A DNA stretch of 64,000 bases from an uncultured Planctomycetales bacterium (GTDB taxonomy: Bacteria; Omnitrophota; Gorgyraeia; Aquiviventales; Aquiviventaceae): positions 1,953 to 65,952 of the forward strand of contig CAZKXY010000002.1 in assembly GCA_964556925.1 (NCBI GenBank), written 5' to 3'. A model generated the notes under the pieces. That model had not been told where the DNA came from and did not search any database. It saw nothing but the letters and a program-made list of their open reading frames with translations. Position numbers and translations under genes: made by a program. Shown here piece after piece: positions 8,712 through 17,105 of this stretch. The stretch's first letter is position 1. The number at the start of each line of letters is the position of its first letter.

Positions 8712-9908
8712 ATGAGGACGATTGGCGTTGTGACCGTCGGGCGCTCAGACTACGGCAACTACGTGCCGCTGTTGCGAGCGATACAGCGGGATGCCGCGCT
8801 GCGCCTTCAGCTCATCGTGGGCGGCATGCACCTGTCAGCCGCGTTCGGCTTGACGGTCGAGGCGATCCGGGCCGATGGCTTTGACATCGCCGACCGCGTC
8901 GAGATGCTCCTGTCGTCAGACGCCCCCGAAGGGATCGCCACGTCGATGGGGGTCGGCGTGATGGGGTTCGCGCAGGCCTACGCGCGTCACCGGCCGGACG
9001 TGCTGGTCGTGCTGGGTGATCGCTTCGAGATGTATGCGGCCGCGTCCGCCGCGGTCCCGTTTCGGATGCCGATCGCCCACATCGCCGGCGGCGAGCTGAC
9101 GGAAGGCGCCATCGACAACAGCTTCCGGCACGCGATCACGAAACTCAGCCACCTGCACTTCGTGACGACCGCCACCTACGCCGCGCGCGTCATCCAAATG
9201 GGGGAGGAGCCGTGGCGGGTGACGGTGTCCGGCGCGCTCGGGTTGGATCATCTGCAGGCCTTCGTCGCCTCCGGCCGCCCGGCGCTGGAGGCCCTGGTGG
9301 GCCTCCGCCTCGATCCTCCTCCCCTGGTGGTGACCTACCATCCGGTGACGTTGGAGTACGACCGCGCCGGGGTCCAGATCGACGCGCTGCTGAACGCGCT
9401 GCAGCCGCTCGACCGGCCGCTCATCTTCACCCTCCCGAACGCGGATACCAATGGGCGCGTGATCCGTCAACGCATCGAGGCGTTCGTGGCGCGCCGGCCC
9501 TCCGCCGTCCTGGTCCCGAATCTTGGCACGCAGGCGTATTTCAGCCTGATGGCGCACGCCGCCGCGATGGTGGGCAATTCGTCCAGCGGCCTTGTCGAGG
9601 CGCCATCCTTCGGCCTGCCGGTCGTGGACATCGGCACGCGACAGGCGGGCCGCCTGCGGGCCGCGAACGTCATTCCCTGCGGGTACGGGGCCGACGAGAT
9701 CCGCCAGGCCCTCGCGCGCGCCCTCTCGCCGGAGTTCCGAGCGGGGTTGCAGGGCCTGCGCAATCCCTACGGCGAGGGTCGCGCGTCCGAGCGCATCCTC
9801 GAGGCGCTCACAGGGGTGGCGATCGACGACCGCCTGCTCGTGAAGGCCTTCCACCAGGTCGGCGCTCGGCAGGCGCCCCAGGAGCTCTCGGCATGGACAC
9901 GGATTTAA
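8712..9908 (+). CDS. neuC: hydrolysing NDP-N-acetylhexosamine 2-epimerase (NeuC/LegG family)
   Basis: MRTIGVVTVGRSDYG, GDRFEMYAAASAAVPFRMPIAHIAGGELTEGAIDNSFRHAITKLSHLHF and GNSSSGLVEAPSFGLP match the NeuC-type epimerase pattern. Confidence 0.8.
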   Translation: MRTIGVVTVGRSDYGNYVPLLRAIQRDAALRLQLIVGGMHLSAAFGLTVEAIRADGFDIADRVEMLLSSDAPEGIATSMGVGVMGFAQAYARHRPDVLVVLGDRFEMYAAASAAVPFRMPIAHIAGGELTEGAIDNSFRHAITKLSHLHFVTTATYAARVIQMGEEPWRVTVSGALGLDHLQAFVASGRPALEALVGLRLDPPPLVVTYHPVTLEYDRAGVQIDALLNALQPLDRPLIFTLPNADTNGRVIRQRIEAFVARRPSAVLVPNLGTQAYFSLMAHAAAMVGNSSSGLVEAPSFGLPVVDIGTRQAGRLRAANVIPCGYGADEIRQALARALSPEFRAGLQGLRNPYGEGRASERILEALTGVAIDDRLLVKAFHQVGARQAPQELSAWTRI

Positions 9909-10966
9909 CCAACTTCTGCGTGGCCCCGGGCACCCCGCTGAGGCGGGTGGTGGCCCAGATGGATGGCAACCGGCTGGGGATTGCGCTCGTGATTGATGGC
10001 GAGCGTCGGCTGGTCGGGACGGTCACGGACGGGGATGTCCGCCGCGCCGTGCTGGCGAACATCGGGTTCGACCAGCCGGTCACCGAAGTCCTGCGCCGCA
10101 AAGCCGGCACCAAGTTTGCGATGCCGGTCACGGCGCCGGCCGGGGCCGACCCGAGCACCTATCTCAGCGTGCTCAAGGAGCACCGGCTGCTGTATCTGCC
10201 CCTGATTGATGGGGACGGCCGCGTGGCCGGGCTGGTGACGCTGGCGGAGTTCGTCCCGGCTGAGCCGCTGACGATCCAGGCCGTGGTGATGGCGGGCGGG
10301 AAGGGCCGCCGGCTCCATCCGCTGACGCAGCAGCTGCCCAAGCCGATGCTGCTGGTCGGCGGACAGCCCGTGCTCGAGATCATCATCAAGCAGCTGCGGG
10401 ACGCCGGCATCAGGCAGGTGACGGTGACGACCCATCACCACCCGGACCGGATCGCGGAACATTTCGGGGATGGGAGCGGCCTGGGGGTGGCGCTCTCCTA
10501 TCTAGAGGAAGAGCGCCCGCTGGGCACGGTCGGCGGCCTGGGGCTGCTGGGCGCCCCGAACGACACCACGCTGGTGATCAACGGCGACATCCTGACCCAG
10601 GTCGATTTCCGCGCGATGCTGGACTACCACCGGGAGCACCAGGCGGACCTCACGGTGGCGGTGCGCCAGTACGACCTGAAAGTCCCCTACGGCGTGGTCG
10701 AATGCGCCGGCGAGCGGGTCCGCCGGATCAGCGAAAAACCGGCGTTCCTGGTGTTTGTCAACGCCGGGATGTACCTCCTGGAACCGCTGGTCTACGGCTA
10801 TATCCCGAAGGGGGAGCGGTTGGACATGACCGACCTGATCCAGCGGGTGATTGATGACGGCCGGACGGTGGTCAGCTTCCCGGTGCGGGAGTACTGGCTG
10901 GATATCGGGCAGCGCGACGAATACGAACAGGCCCAAGCGGAAGTGAAACAGTGGGGCGCTCCATGA
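9893..10966 (+). CDS. CBS-pair + sugar-1-phosphate nucleotidyltransferase (PtmE-like)
   Basis: The N-terminal CBS pair (GIALVIDGERRLVGTVTDGDVRRAVL; YLPLIDGDGRVAGLVT) is followed by the NTP-transferase motif VVMAGGKGRRLHPLTQQLPKPML. The ATG at 9893 overlaps neuC by 16 nt. Confidence 0.75.
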   Translation: MDTDLTNFCVAPGTPLRRVVAQMDGNRLGIALVIDGERRLVGTVTDGDVRRAVLANIGFDQPVTEVLRRKAGTKFAMPVTAPAGADPSTYLSVLKEHRLLYLPLIDGDGRVAGLVTLAEFVPAEPLTIQAVVMAGGKGRRLHPLTQQLPKPMLLVGGQPVLEIIIKQLRDAGIRQVTVTTHHHPDRIAEHFGDGSGLGVALSYLEEERPLGTVGGLGLLGAPNDTTLVINGDILTQVDFRAMLDYHREHQADLTVAVRQYDLKVPYGVVECAGERVRRISEKPAFLVFVNAGMYLLEPLVYGYIPKGERLDMTDLIQRVIDDGRTVVSFPVREYWLDIGQRDEYEQAQAEVKQWGAP

Positions 10967-11946
10967 GGTGGGCCGGCGCGCGGGTGCTCGTGACCGGGGC
11001 GGGAGGGTTCATCGGCAGCCATCTCGCCGAGCGGTTGGTGGAGCTCGGGGCGACGGTGCGGGCGCTGGTCCGCTACCGGTCCCAGGGCTCCTGGGGATGG
11101 CTCGACCACAGCCCGCTGAAGCAGGAGCTCGAGGTCGTGGCGGGCGACATCACCGACCGCGATGCGGTCGCCCACGCGATGCAGGAGGTCCAGGTCGTGT
11201 TCCACCTGGCCGCCTTCATCGCCATCCCGTACTCGTATCAGGCCCCGGAGTCGTTCCTGCGGGCGAACGCGGGAGGCACCCTCACCGCGCTGCAGGCGGC
11301 GCGCGCGCAGGGCGTGGCGCGGTTCATCCACACCTCGACGAGCGAAGTCTACGGGACCGCCCGGTCCGTGCCGATCAACGAGCAGCATCCGTTGCAGGCC
11401 CAGTCGCCGTACGCGGCCAGCAAGGTCGCCGCCGACAAGCTGGTGGAATCCTTCGGATGCGCATTTGGCTTGCCGGTGGTGACGGTGCGGCCCTTCAACA
11501 CCTTCGGCCCCCGGCAGTCGGCGCGGGCGATCGTGCCCACGATTATCACCCAGTGCTTGACGGACACGACGGTGCGGCTGGGCAACCTCGCGCCCACGCG
11601 GGATCTGACCTATGTGAGCGATACCGTGGAGGGCTTCGTGCGGGCGGGCGCCTCGCCCCACGCGGTCGGCCGCACGATCAACCTGGGGTCGGGGCGCGAG
11701 ATCGCCATCGGCGAGCTGGCGCGGCGGATCGCTGAGCTGGCCGAGCAGCGCGTGCAGATCGCGCAGGAGCAGCAGCGCATGCGGCCGCAGGACAGCGAAG
11801 TGGAGCGTCTCCTCTCGGATAACCGCCTGGCGAAGGAGCTGCTCGGCTGGCAGCCCGCGGTGTCGCTGGATGAGGGGCTGCGACTGACGATCGAGTGGAT
11901 GCGGGAACACCTTGATGGCTACCGTCCAGGCGCCTACGTCCTTTGA
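10963..11946 (+). CDS. NAD-dependent NDP-sugar 4,6-dehydratase/epimerase (extended SDR; LegB-like position)
   Basis: VLVTGAGGFIGSHLAERLV (GxxGxxG), catalytic STSEVYG and YAASKVAADKL (YxxxK). ATGA overlap with the upstream stop. Confidence 0.8.
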   Translation: MRWAGARVLVTGAGGFIGSHLAERLVELGATVRALVRYRSQGSWGWLDHSPLKQELEVVAGDITDRDAVAHAMQEVQVVFHLAAFIAIPYSYQAPESFLRANAGGTLTALQAARAQGVARFIHTSTSEVYGTARSVPINEQHPLQAQSPYAASKVAADKLVESFGCAFGLPVVTVRPFNTFGPRQSARAIVPTIITQCLTDTTVRLGNLAPTRDLTYVSDTVEGFVRAGASPHAVGRTINLGSGREIAIGELARRIAELAEQRVQIAQEQQRMRPQDSEVERLLSDNRLAKELLGWQPAVSLDEGLRLTIEWMREHLDGYRPGAYVL

Positions 11947-13156
11947 CGCGCCCGCCCCACCGCGGCGCATTCCGCTCAGCGAGCCGAGGCTCGCCGGCAA
12001 CGAGTGGACGTATCTGAAGGCGTGCCTGGACAGCGGCTGGATCTCGTCGGTCGGGCCGTTCGTCAGCCGGTTTGAGCAGGCCTTTGCGGCCAACGTCGGG
12101 GCCGCGCACGCCGTGGCGGTGGTGAACGGCACCGCAGGGCTGCATCTGGCGCTGCGCGCCGCCGGGGTCGGGCCCGGTGATGAAGTGCTGGTGCCGACCC
12201 TCACGTTCATCGCGCCGGTGAACGCGATCCGCTATTGCGGGGCGCATCCGGTGTTCATCGACGCCGATCCGCAGACCTGGCAGATGGACGCCGCCGGCGT
12301 GCGGCGGTTCCTGGAGCATCAGTGCGAGCGGCGAGGCGGCGCCTGCGTCAACACCCGGACCGGCCGCCGCGTGCGCGCCATCCTGCCGGTGCACCTCCTC
12401 GGCTCGGCGTGCGCGATGGACGAGATCATGGAGCTAGGCCGTCGCTATGGCCTGATGGTGGTGGAGGATGCGTGCGAGGCGATCGGCGTGCGCTCTCGCG
12501 GCCGCCATGTGGGGACGGTGGGGGACCTGGGCGTCTTCAGTTTTAACGGCAACAAGACCCTGACCTGCGGAGGGGGCGGCATGGTGGTGGCGGCCGATGC
12601 GCGGCAGGCCGACTATGTCCGCTATGTCTCGGCCCAGGCGCGGGATGATCAACGGGAATATCACCACCGCGACGTCGGCTACAACTACCGACTCACGAAC
12701 CTGCATGCGGCGATTGGATTGGCGCAACTCGAGCAGATGGATCAGTTGCTGGATCGCAAACGCCGCATCGCCGCCGCCTACGAGCGCGCGTTGCGCGGCA
12801 TCGACGGCATCACGCTGATGCCCACACCGCCGCAGACCGACCCGGGGTTTTGGCTGTACACCGTCCTGTTGACGCCAGGCACCACGGTGGGCCAACGGAA
12901 CGCGGTGCTTGATCGACTGGCTGCCGAGGGGTTGGAGGCGCGGCCGCTGTGGCAGCCGATCCACACGCTGCCGCCCTATCGGGGCTGCCAGGCGTTCGAC
13001 GTGCAGGTGGCGCCCGACTTGTACGCGCGCGCCGTGAGCCTGCCCAGCAGCGCGGGGATGACGGAGGACGAGCTGCAGCGATGCGTCGCTGTGGCGAACG
13101 CCGTGCTACGACTATCAGGGACGGACGATCGCCGTGGAGAATCGGGGAGCACATAG
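11915..13156 (+). CDS. DegT/DnrJ/EryC1/StrS PLP-dependent sugar aminotransferase (LegC-like position)
   Basis: IPLSEPRLAGNEWTYLKACLDSGWISSVGPFV, and FSFNGNKTLTCGGGGMVV with the PLP-binding Lys context. Confidence 0.8.
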   Translation: MATVQAPTSFDAPAPPRRIPLSEPRLAGNEWTYLKACLDSGWISSVGPFVSRFEQAFAANVGAAHAVAVVNGTAGLHLALRAAGVGPGDEVLVPTLTFIAPVNAIRYCGAHPVFIDADPQTWQMDAAGVRRFLEHQCERRGGACVNTRTGRRVRAILPVHLLGSACAMDEIMELGRRYGLMVVEDACEAIGVRSRGRHVGTVGDLGVFSFNGNKTLTCGGGGMVVAADARQADYVRYVSAQARDDQREYHHRDVGYNYRLTNLHAAIGLAQLEQMDQLLDRKRRIAAAYERALRGIDGITLMPTPPQTDPGFWLYTVLLTPGTTVGQRNAVLDRLAAEGLEARPLWQPIHTLPPYRGCQAFDVQVAPDLYARAVSLPSSAGMTEDELQRCVAVANAVLRLSGTDDRRGESGST

Positions 13157-13166
13157 GGGGGAACCC

Positions 13167-14942
13167 ATGGAGGAGCAGGGGGAAGTGAAGGGCTCGTGTG
13201 GATGCGGCTCCTGCGGCTGCGGCTCTCACGACGCCGACCAGGAGGGGGGGCACGTCACGCCGGTGCGGGTGCAGCTGCAGACAACGGCTGAAGATGGCCC
13301 GAGCAAGTTGACGCGCGTCCTGTTGATCGATATTGAACGGGATGCGCCCAATGGGGGGTGGGGGCAGCTTGATGCGAGTTGGCGGAGCCACCCGACTGGG
13401 CTCCTGTACCTGGTGTCCTTCGTCCGACAGCGGTTCCCCGATATGGAGTTCAAGGTGTTTCATACCTCAACCGTTGACAATCCCCGTGAGACCGTCAAGG
13501 CCATGATCGGGGAGTTTGCCCCTGAGCTGATCGGCCTGCGGTCGTTGTCCAGTGCCCGGGATGCGTTCATCGCCATGGCGCAATTCCTTCGCACCGTCGC
13601 CCCAGGGGTTCCCCTGATCGGCGGCGGGCCGTATCCCAACGCCTCCCCGGAGGAGTTGGTCGAGCCGCAGCTCCTCGATCTCGCCGTCATGGGGGAGGGG
13701 GAGGAAACCTTTCTTGAAATCGTCCAAGCCCTGCGCACCACCGGTCGGCTCCCCTTGGACGTCCTGGGGACGGCCGTCCTCAAGGCCGGGCAGTTTCACG
13801 TCAATCCCCCCCGCCCCTTGATGAAGGATTTGAACGTGGTGCCGTTTCCCGACTACGATCTGATTGATCTGCACGCGTACAGCAATATGGCCAACCAGGC
13901 CTTCCAAGACCTCTCCAAGAGCGCCGTGATCTGCGGCTCGCGGGGATGTCCGTACTCCTGCTTCTACTGCCATCAACTCTTCGGGAAGCAGATTCGCCGC
14001 CGCACCCCGGAGAACATCGTGGGGGAGCTGCAGTATCACGTCAATCGCGGGATCAGGAACTTCATGTTTGTCGATGACATTTTCAACGTCCCCAAGGACA
14101 AATGTAAGGACATCCTGCGGTTGGTAATCAAGGAGGTCCCGGGGATTCGACTCAACTTCCCCCAGGGCTTGCGGGCGGATCAGATGGACGAGGAGGTGCT
14201 GGACCTGTTTCAGGAGGCGGGGACGGTGCTCATGGCGCTGGCGGTGGAATCCTCCAGTGCGCGCTTGCAGAGACTGATGGGGAAGAATCTCCAGATCGAA
14301 CGCGCCCGGCGTTCGATTGAGTACGCGTCCACCCGCTTTGTGGTGACCTGCTTCTTTATCGTGGGGTTCCCGACCGAGACCTACGAGGAAGCGATGGGCA
14401 CCATTCAGTTCGCCAAGGACCTCGAATACGTCTCGCAGCCGGTCCTCTCCGTCCTGCGGGTGTATCCGGGGACGTTCCTGTACGACCTGTTGAAACCCAC
14501 CAAAGAAGAGACCCAGCGGCTGCTCGAACAGCAAGCGCAACCCTATACGCCCACCCTCTTTCGGGAGACCCCGTTTTATGGGGATGTTTTTCCGCCGGAG
14601 AAGGTGCCGCTGCGGGGGACCGACATTCGGAAGATTCGCTGGGAGTGGATGATGCGGATCGTGAGAAACCCGCAGCGAATGGCCAAGAGCCATGCGATGC
14701 TCAAGCAGCATTTTACCTACGAGGAGATCATTGAGTTCTATCGGAACTTCTACGACAAGCGCACGTTTGGACACGACGATTACATGGCCATCGAGAACGT
14801 CCAGAAGCAGGTCGAACAAGGTGAAGCGAGCAAGAATGGCGAAGCGAGCAAGAACCGTGAGAATATCGACCCCCTCTTCGCCGAGGCAGAGTCATCCGGC
14901 GCCCGGTGGACCACGACGGGGTGGCGGGTGGTCAAGGAGTGA
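13167..14942 (+). CDS. B12-binding-domain radical SAM enzyme (no. 2) with Cys/Gly-rich N-terminal extension
   Basis: B12-domain pattern (VLLIDIE...PTGLLYLVSFVRQRFPDMEFKVF) and cluster motif GSRGCPYSCFYCHQ. The ATG at 13167 follows a GGGGGG SD-like run. The N-terminus is MEEQGEVKGSCGCGSCGCGSHD. The C-terminus carries an 18-bp x2 repeat (GEASKN GEASKN, 14820-14855). Confidence 0.85.
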   Translation: MEEQGEVKGSCGCGSCGCGSHDADQEGGHVTPVRVQLQTTAEDGPSKLTRVLLIDIERDAPNGGWGQLDASWRSHPTGLLYLVSFVRQRFPDMEFKVFHTSTVDNPRETVKAMIGEFAPELIGLRSLSSARDAFIAMAQFLRTVAPGVPLIGGGPYPNASPEELVEPQLLDLAVMGEGEETFLEIVQALRTTGRLPLDVLGTAVLKAGQFHVNPPRPLMKDLNVVPFPDYDLIDLHAYSNMANQAFQDLSKSAVICGSRGCPYSCFYCHQLFGKQIRRRTPENIVGELQYHVNRGIRNFMFVDDIFNVPKDKCKDILRLVIKEVPGIRLNFPQGLRADQMDEEVLDLFQEAGTVLMALAVESSSARLQRLMGKNLQIERARRSIEYASTRFVVTCFFIVGFPTETYEEAMGTIQFAKDLEYVSQPVLSVLRVYPGTFLYDLLKPTKEETQRLLEQQAQPYTPTLFRETPFYGDVFPPEKVPLRGTDIRKIRWEWMMRIVRNPQRMAKSHAMLKQHFTYEEIIEFYRNFYDKRTFGHDDYMAIENVQKQVEQGEASKNGEASKNRENIDPLFAEAESSGARWTTTGWRVVKE

Positions 14943-14972
14943 CGTGGCGCGCGAGGGAACCAGCGATCGGGG

Positions 14973-17105
14973 ATGAACGTCTTTGTCGAGTGCTTGACGC
15001 TGCGGACCTGGGTGCAGGGCATCCTGCCGTCTCTCATACGGCAGGGCCCCCGTGCGGCCGCGCGGTGGTATGTGGTGGACGCCTCGCGGCTCGGCCTGGC
15101 GGCCGCCCGCCTGACCGGGCGGCTCCTGGGGGTGTCGCTTGAGCCGTTGGCGTTTCGCATGGAGGAGATCCGCGACGCGCACGGCCGCTCGGTCTGGTTG
15201 CGGATGCTGTATCAGGATCTGCTTGAGGTGCACGCCGAGGTCATGCGCGAGCCGGCGTTTCACGCGGTCGGGGCGCGCGCCGCGAGGTACCTGGCGAAGG
15301 TCGTGGGGGCGTCGACGGCCAACATGACGCAACGGCAGACGCTGTGGCGGGCGCTGCTCGTGATCCAGGTCTGCGCCTGGAAGGTCAGGCGCGAGGCCGG
15401 CGGAGGCGGCCAGGCGGTCTGTTTTCTGGAGCGGCGGCCATGGGATGCGGCGGTCGCCCGGTACGCGTCAGCGCACGGCATCACGTGCGTGCCGATCCCT
15501 CCCACGCCTCCGCTGCGGAGCCGGTTGACCGCGCTGGTGTCCCCGGAGCTCCGCCGCGGCCTTGGCGATCTTCGGGGCCTCTGGCAGGAGGCCAGGCGAC
15601 GTCGCCGGCCTGGCGCCTCCCGCCCGCCGCCGCCCGCCCGGGCGTCTCAGGCCGCGCCGGGAGGCGCGCGCATCGCCGTGGACTACTGGGGGCACTTGAA
15701 CCTCGCCGATCCGTCCCGGCACTCCAACCTCTTTTTCTGGCAGCAGTCGTCGCTGCCGGCCGACCGGCTCGTCGTGACCTTCGATCTGCCGCAAGCCCCG
15801 CTGGACGACGCGAAGTGGGCTGAGCTGGCCCGGCACGGGATGTCGGCTATTGCCCTGAGGCCGGAGGCAACCACCCTGCCGTGGGCCTCGGCGTGCGTGC
15901 CCCCGCGCCGGCCTGGCGCCGGGCGAGCGAGGACGCCGGAGCGGATCGCGTTCCCCGCCGCTGAAGGCCGGTGGCTGGCGCGCCATCTCCACGCCTACCG
16001 GCAGGAGCGGGCCTTCTGGGCCGAGTTCGCCGCCTCGCAGCGCATCAAGATCTACGTGTCATGGTTCAGGATCACCGAACGGTTCTGCGCGATCGCTGAC
16101 GCCTTGCACGACCGGGGCGGGATCTCCGCGATCTACCAGCGGTCAGTGGAAATGCACCCCTCGCCGCAACTGCGCACGGCGGCGGACGTCATGTTTGGCT
16201 GCTCCGCCATGAGCGCTGACGTCGAACGGCGGGCCGGCTCGACCATCCCCTATTTCGTGGTGACGGGCTATCTCGGGGACCATCGCGCCGCCTTGTGGCG
16301 CACGCGCGCGCAGGAGATCCGCCAGCGCCTGCACGGGCAGGGGGCGAGACGGCTCCTGGCCTTCTGCGACGAGAACTCATCCGACGACGACCGATGGGTT
16401 CCGGGCCATGCGCTGCCGCGTGAAGCGTATGCGTTTTTGCTCGAGCGCCTGCTCCAGGAGCCATGGCTTGGCCTGCTCCTCAAGCCGAAGACCCCGCAGA
16501 CGCTGCGCCGGCGGCTGGGCCCGGTGGCCGCGTTGCTGGCGCGCGCGGAAGCCACGGGCCGCTGCGTGGTGTTCGAGGACGGCCGGATCCAGGGCTCCAC
16601 CCCGCCGGTGGCGGCGGCGCTGGCCGCTGATGTGATGGTCCACGGCCATCTCTATGGCGCGACCGCCGGGGTGGAATCCGCGCTCGCCGGGGTGCCGACG
16701 CTGCTGATGGATCGCGAAGGGTGGCCGGTCAGCCCGTTGTACCGTCTCGGACTCGGGCGGGTGGTCTTCACGGACTGGCCGGCGCTGTGGGAGGCGTGCT
16801 GCGAGCATTGGCGCCGCCCCGGCGGCGTGCCGGGGTTCGGGGCGTGGGCATCGATCGTGGACGAGCTCGACCCGTTTCGGGATGGGCGCGCGGCCGAGCG
16901 GATGGGCACGTACCTCCAGTGGCTCCTGGAGGGGTTCGACGCCGGCTGGGACCGGCAGACGGTCCTGGCCGCTGCCGCCGAGCGCTACGCGGCTCAGTGG
17001 GGACAGCAGACCGTGATGTCCATCAACACGCCGCCGCGAGCCGCGATGGCCGCCTCATCCCGGATCGCGGGTGACGTCCCAGTGGAGCAGATGGCCTCAT
17101 CATGA
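14973..17105 (+). CDS. hypothetical protein, possible Rossmann/GT-B-like transferase (710 aa)
   Basis: Long ORF with coding-like composition. The C-terminal half (LLAFCDENSSDD...LLLKPKTPQ...VMVHGHLYGATAGVESALAGVPTLLMD) resembles capsule/teichoic-type GT-B transferases. I cannot assign a family. Confidence 0.35.
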   Translation: MNVFVECLTLRTWVQGILPSLIRQGPRAAARWYVVDASRLGLAAARLTGRLLGVSLEPLAFRMEEIRDAHGRSVWLRMLYQDLLEVHAEVMREPAFHAVGARAARYLAKVVGASTANMTQRQTLWRALLVIQVCAWKVRREAGGGGQAVCFLERRPWDAAVARYASAHGITCVPIPPTPPLRSRLTALVSPELRRGLGDLRGLWQEARRRRRPGASRPPPPARASQAAPGGARIAVDYWGHLNLADPSRHSNLFFWQQSSLPADRLVVTFDLPQAPLDDAKWAELARHGMSAIALRPEATTLPWASACVPPRRPGAGRARTPERIAFPAAEGRWLARHLHAYRQERAFWAEFAASQRIKIYVSWFRITERFCAIADALHDRGGISAIYQRSVEMHPSPQLRTAADVMFGCSAMSADVERRAGSTIPYFVVTGYLGDHRAALWRTRAQEIRQRLHGQGARRLLAFCDENSSDDDRWVPGHALPREAYAFLLERLLQEPWLGLLLKPKTPQTLRRRLGPVAALLARAEATGRCVVFEDGRIQGSTPPVAAALAADVMVHGHLYGATAGVESALAGVPTLLMDREGWPVSPLYRLGLGRVVFTDWPALWEACCEHWRRPGGVPGFGAWASIVDELDPFRDGRAAERMGTYLQWLLEGFDAGWDRQTVLAAAAERYAAQWGQQTVMSINTPPRAAMAASSRIAGDVPVEQMASS

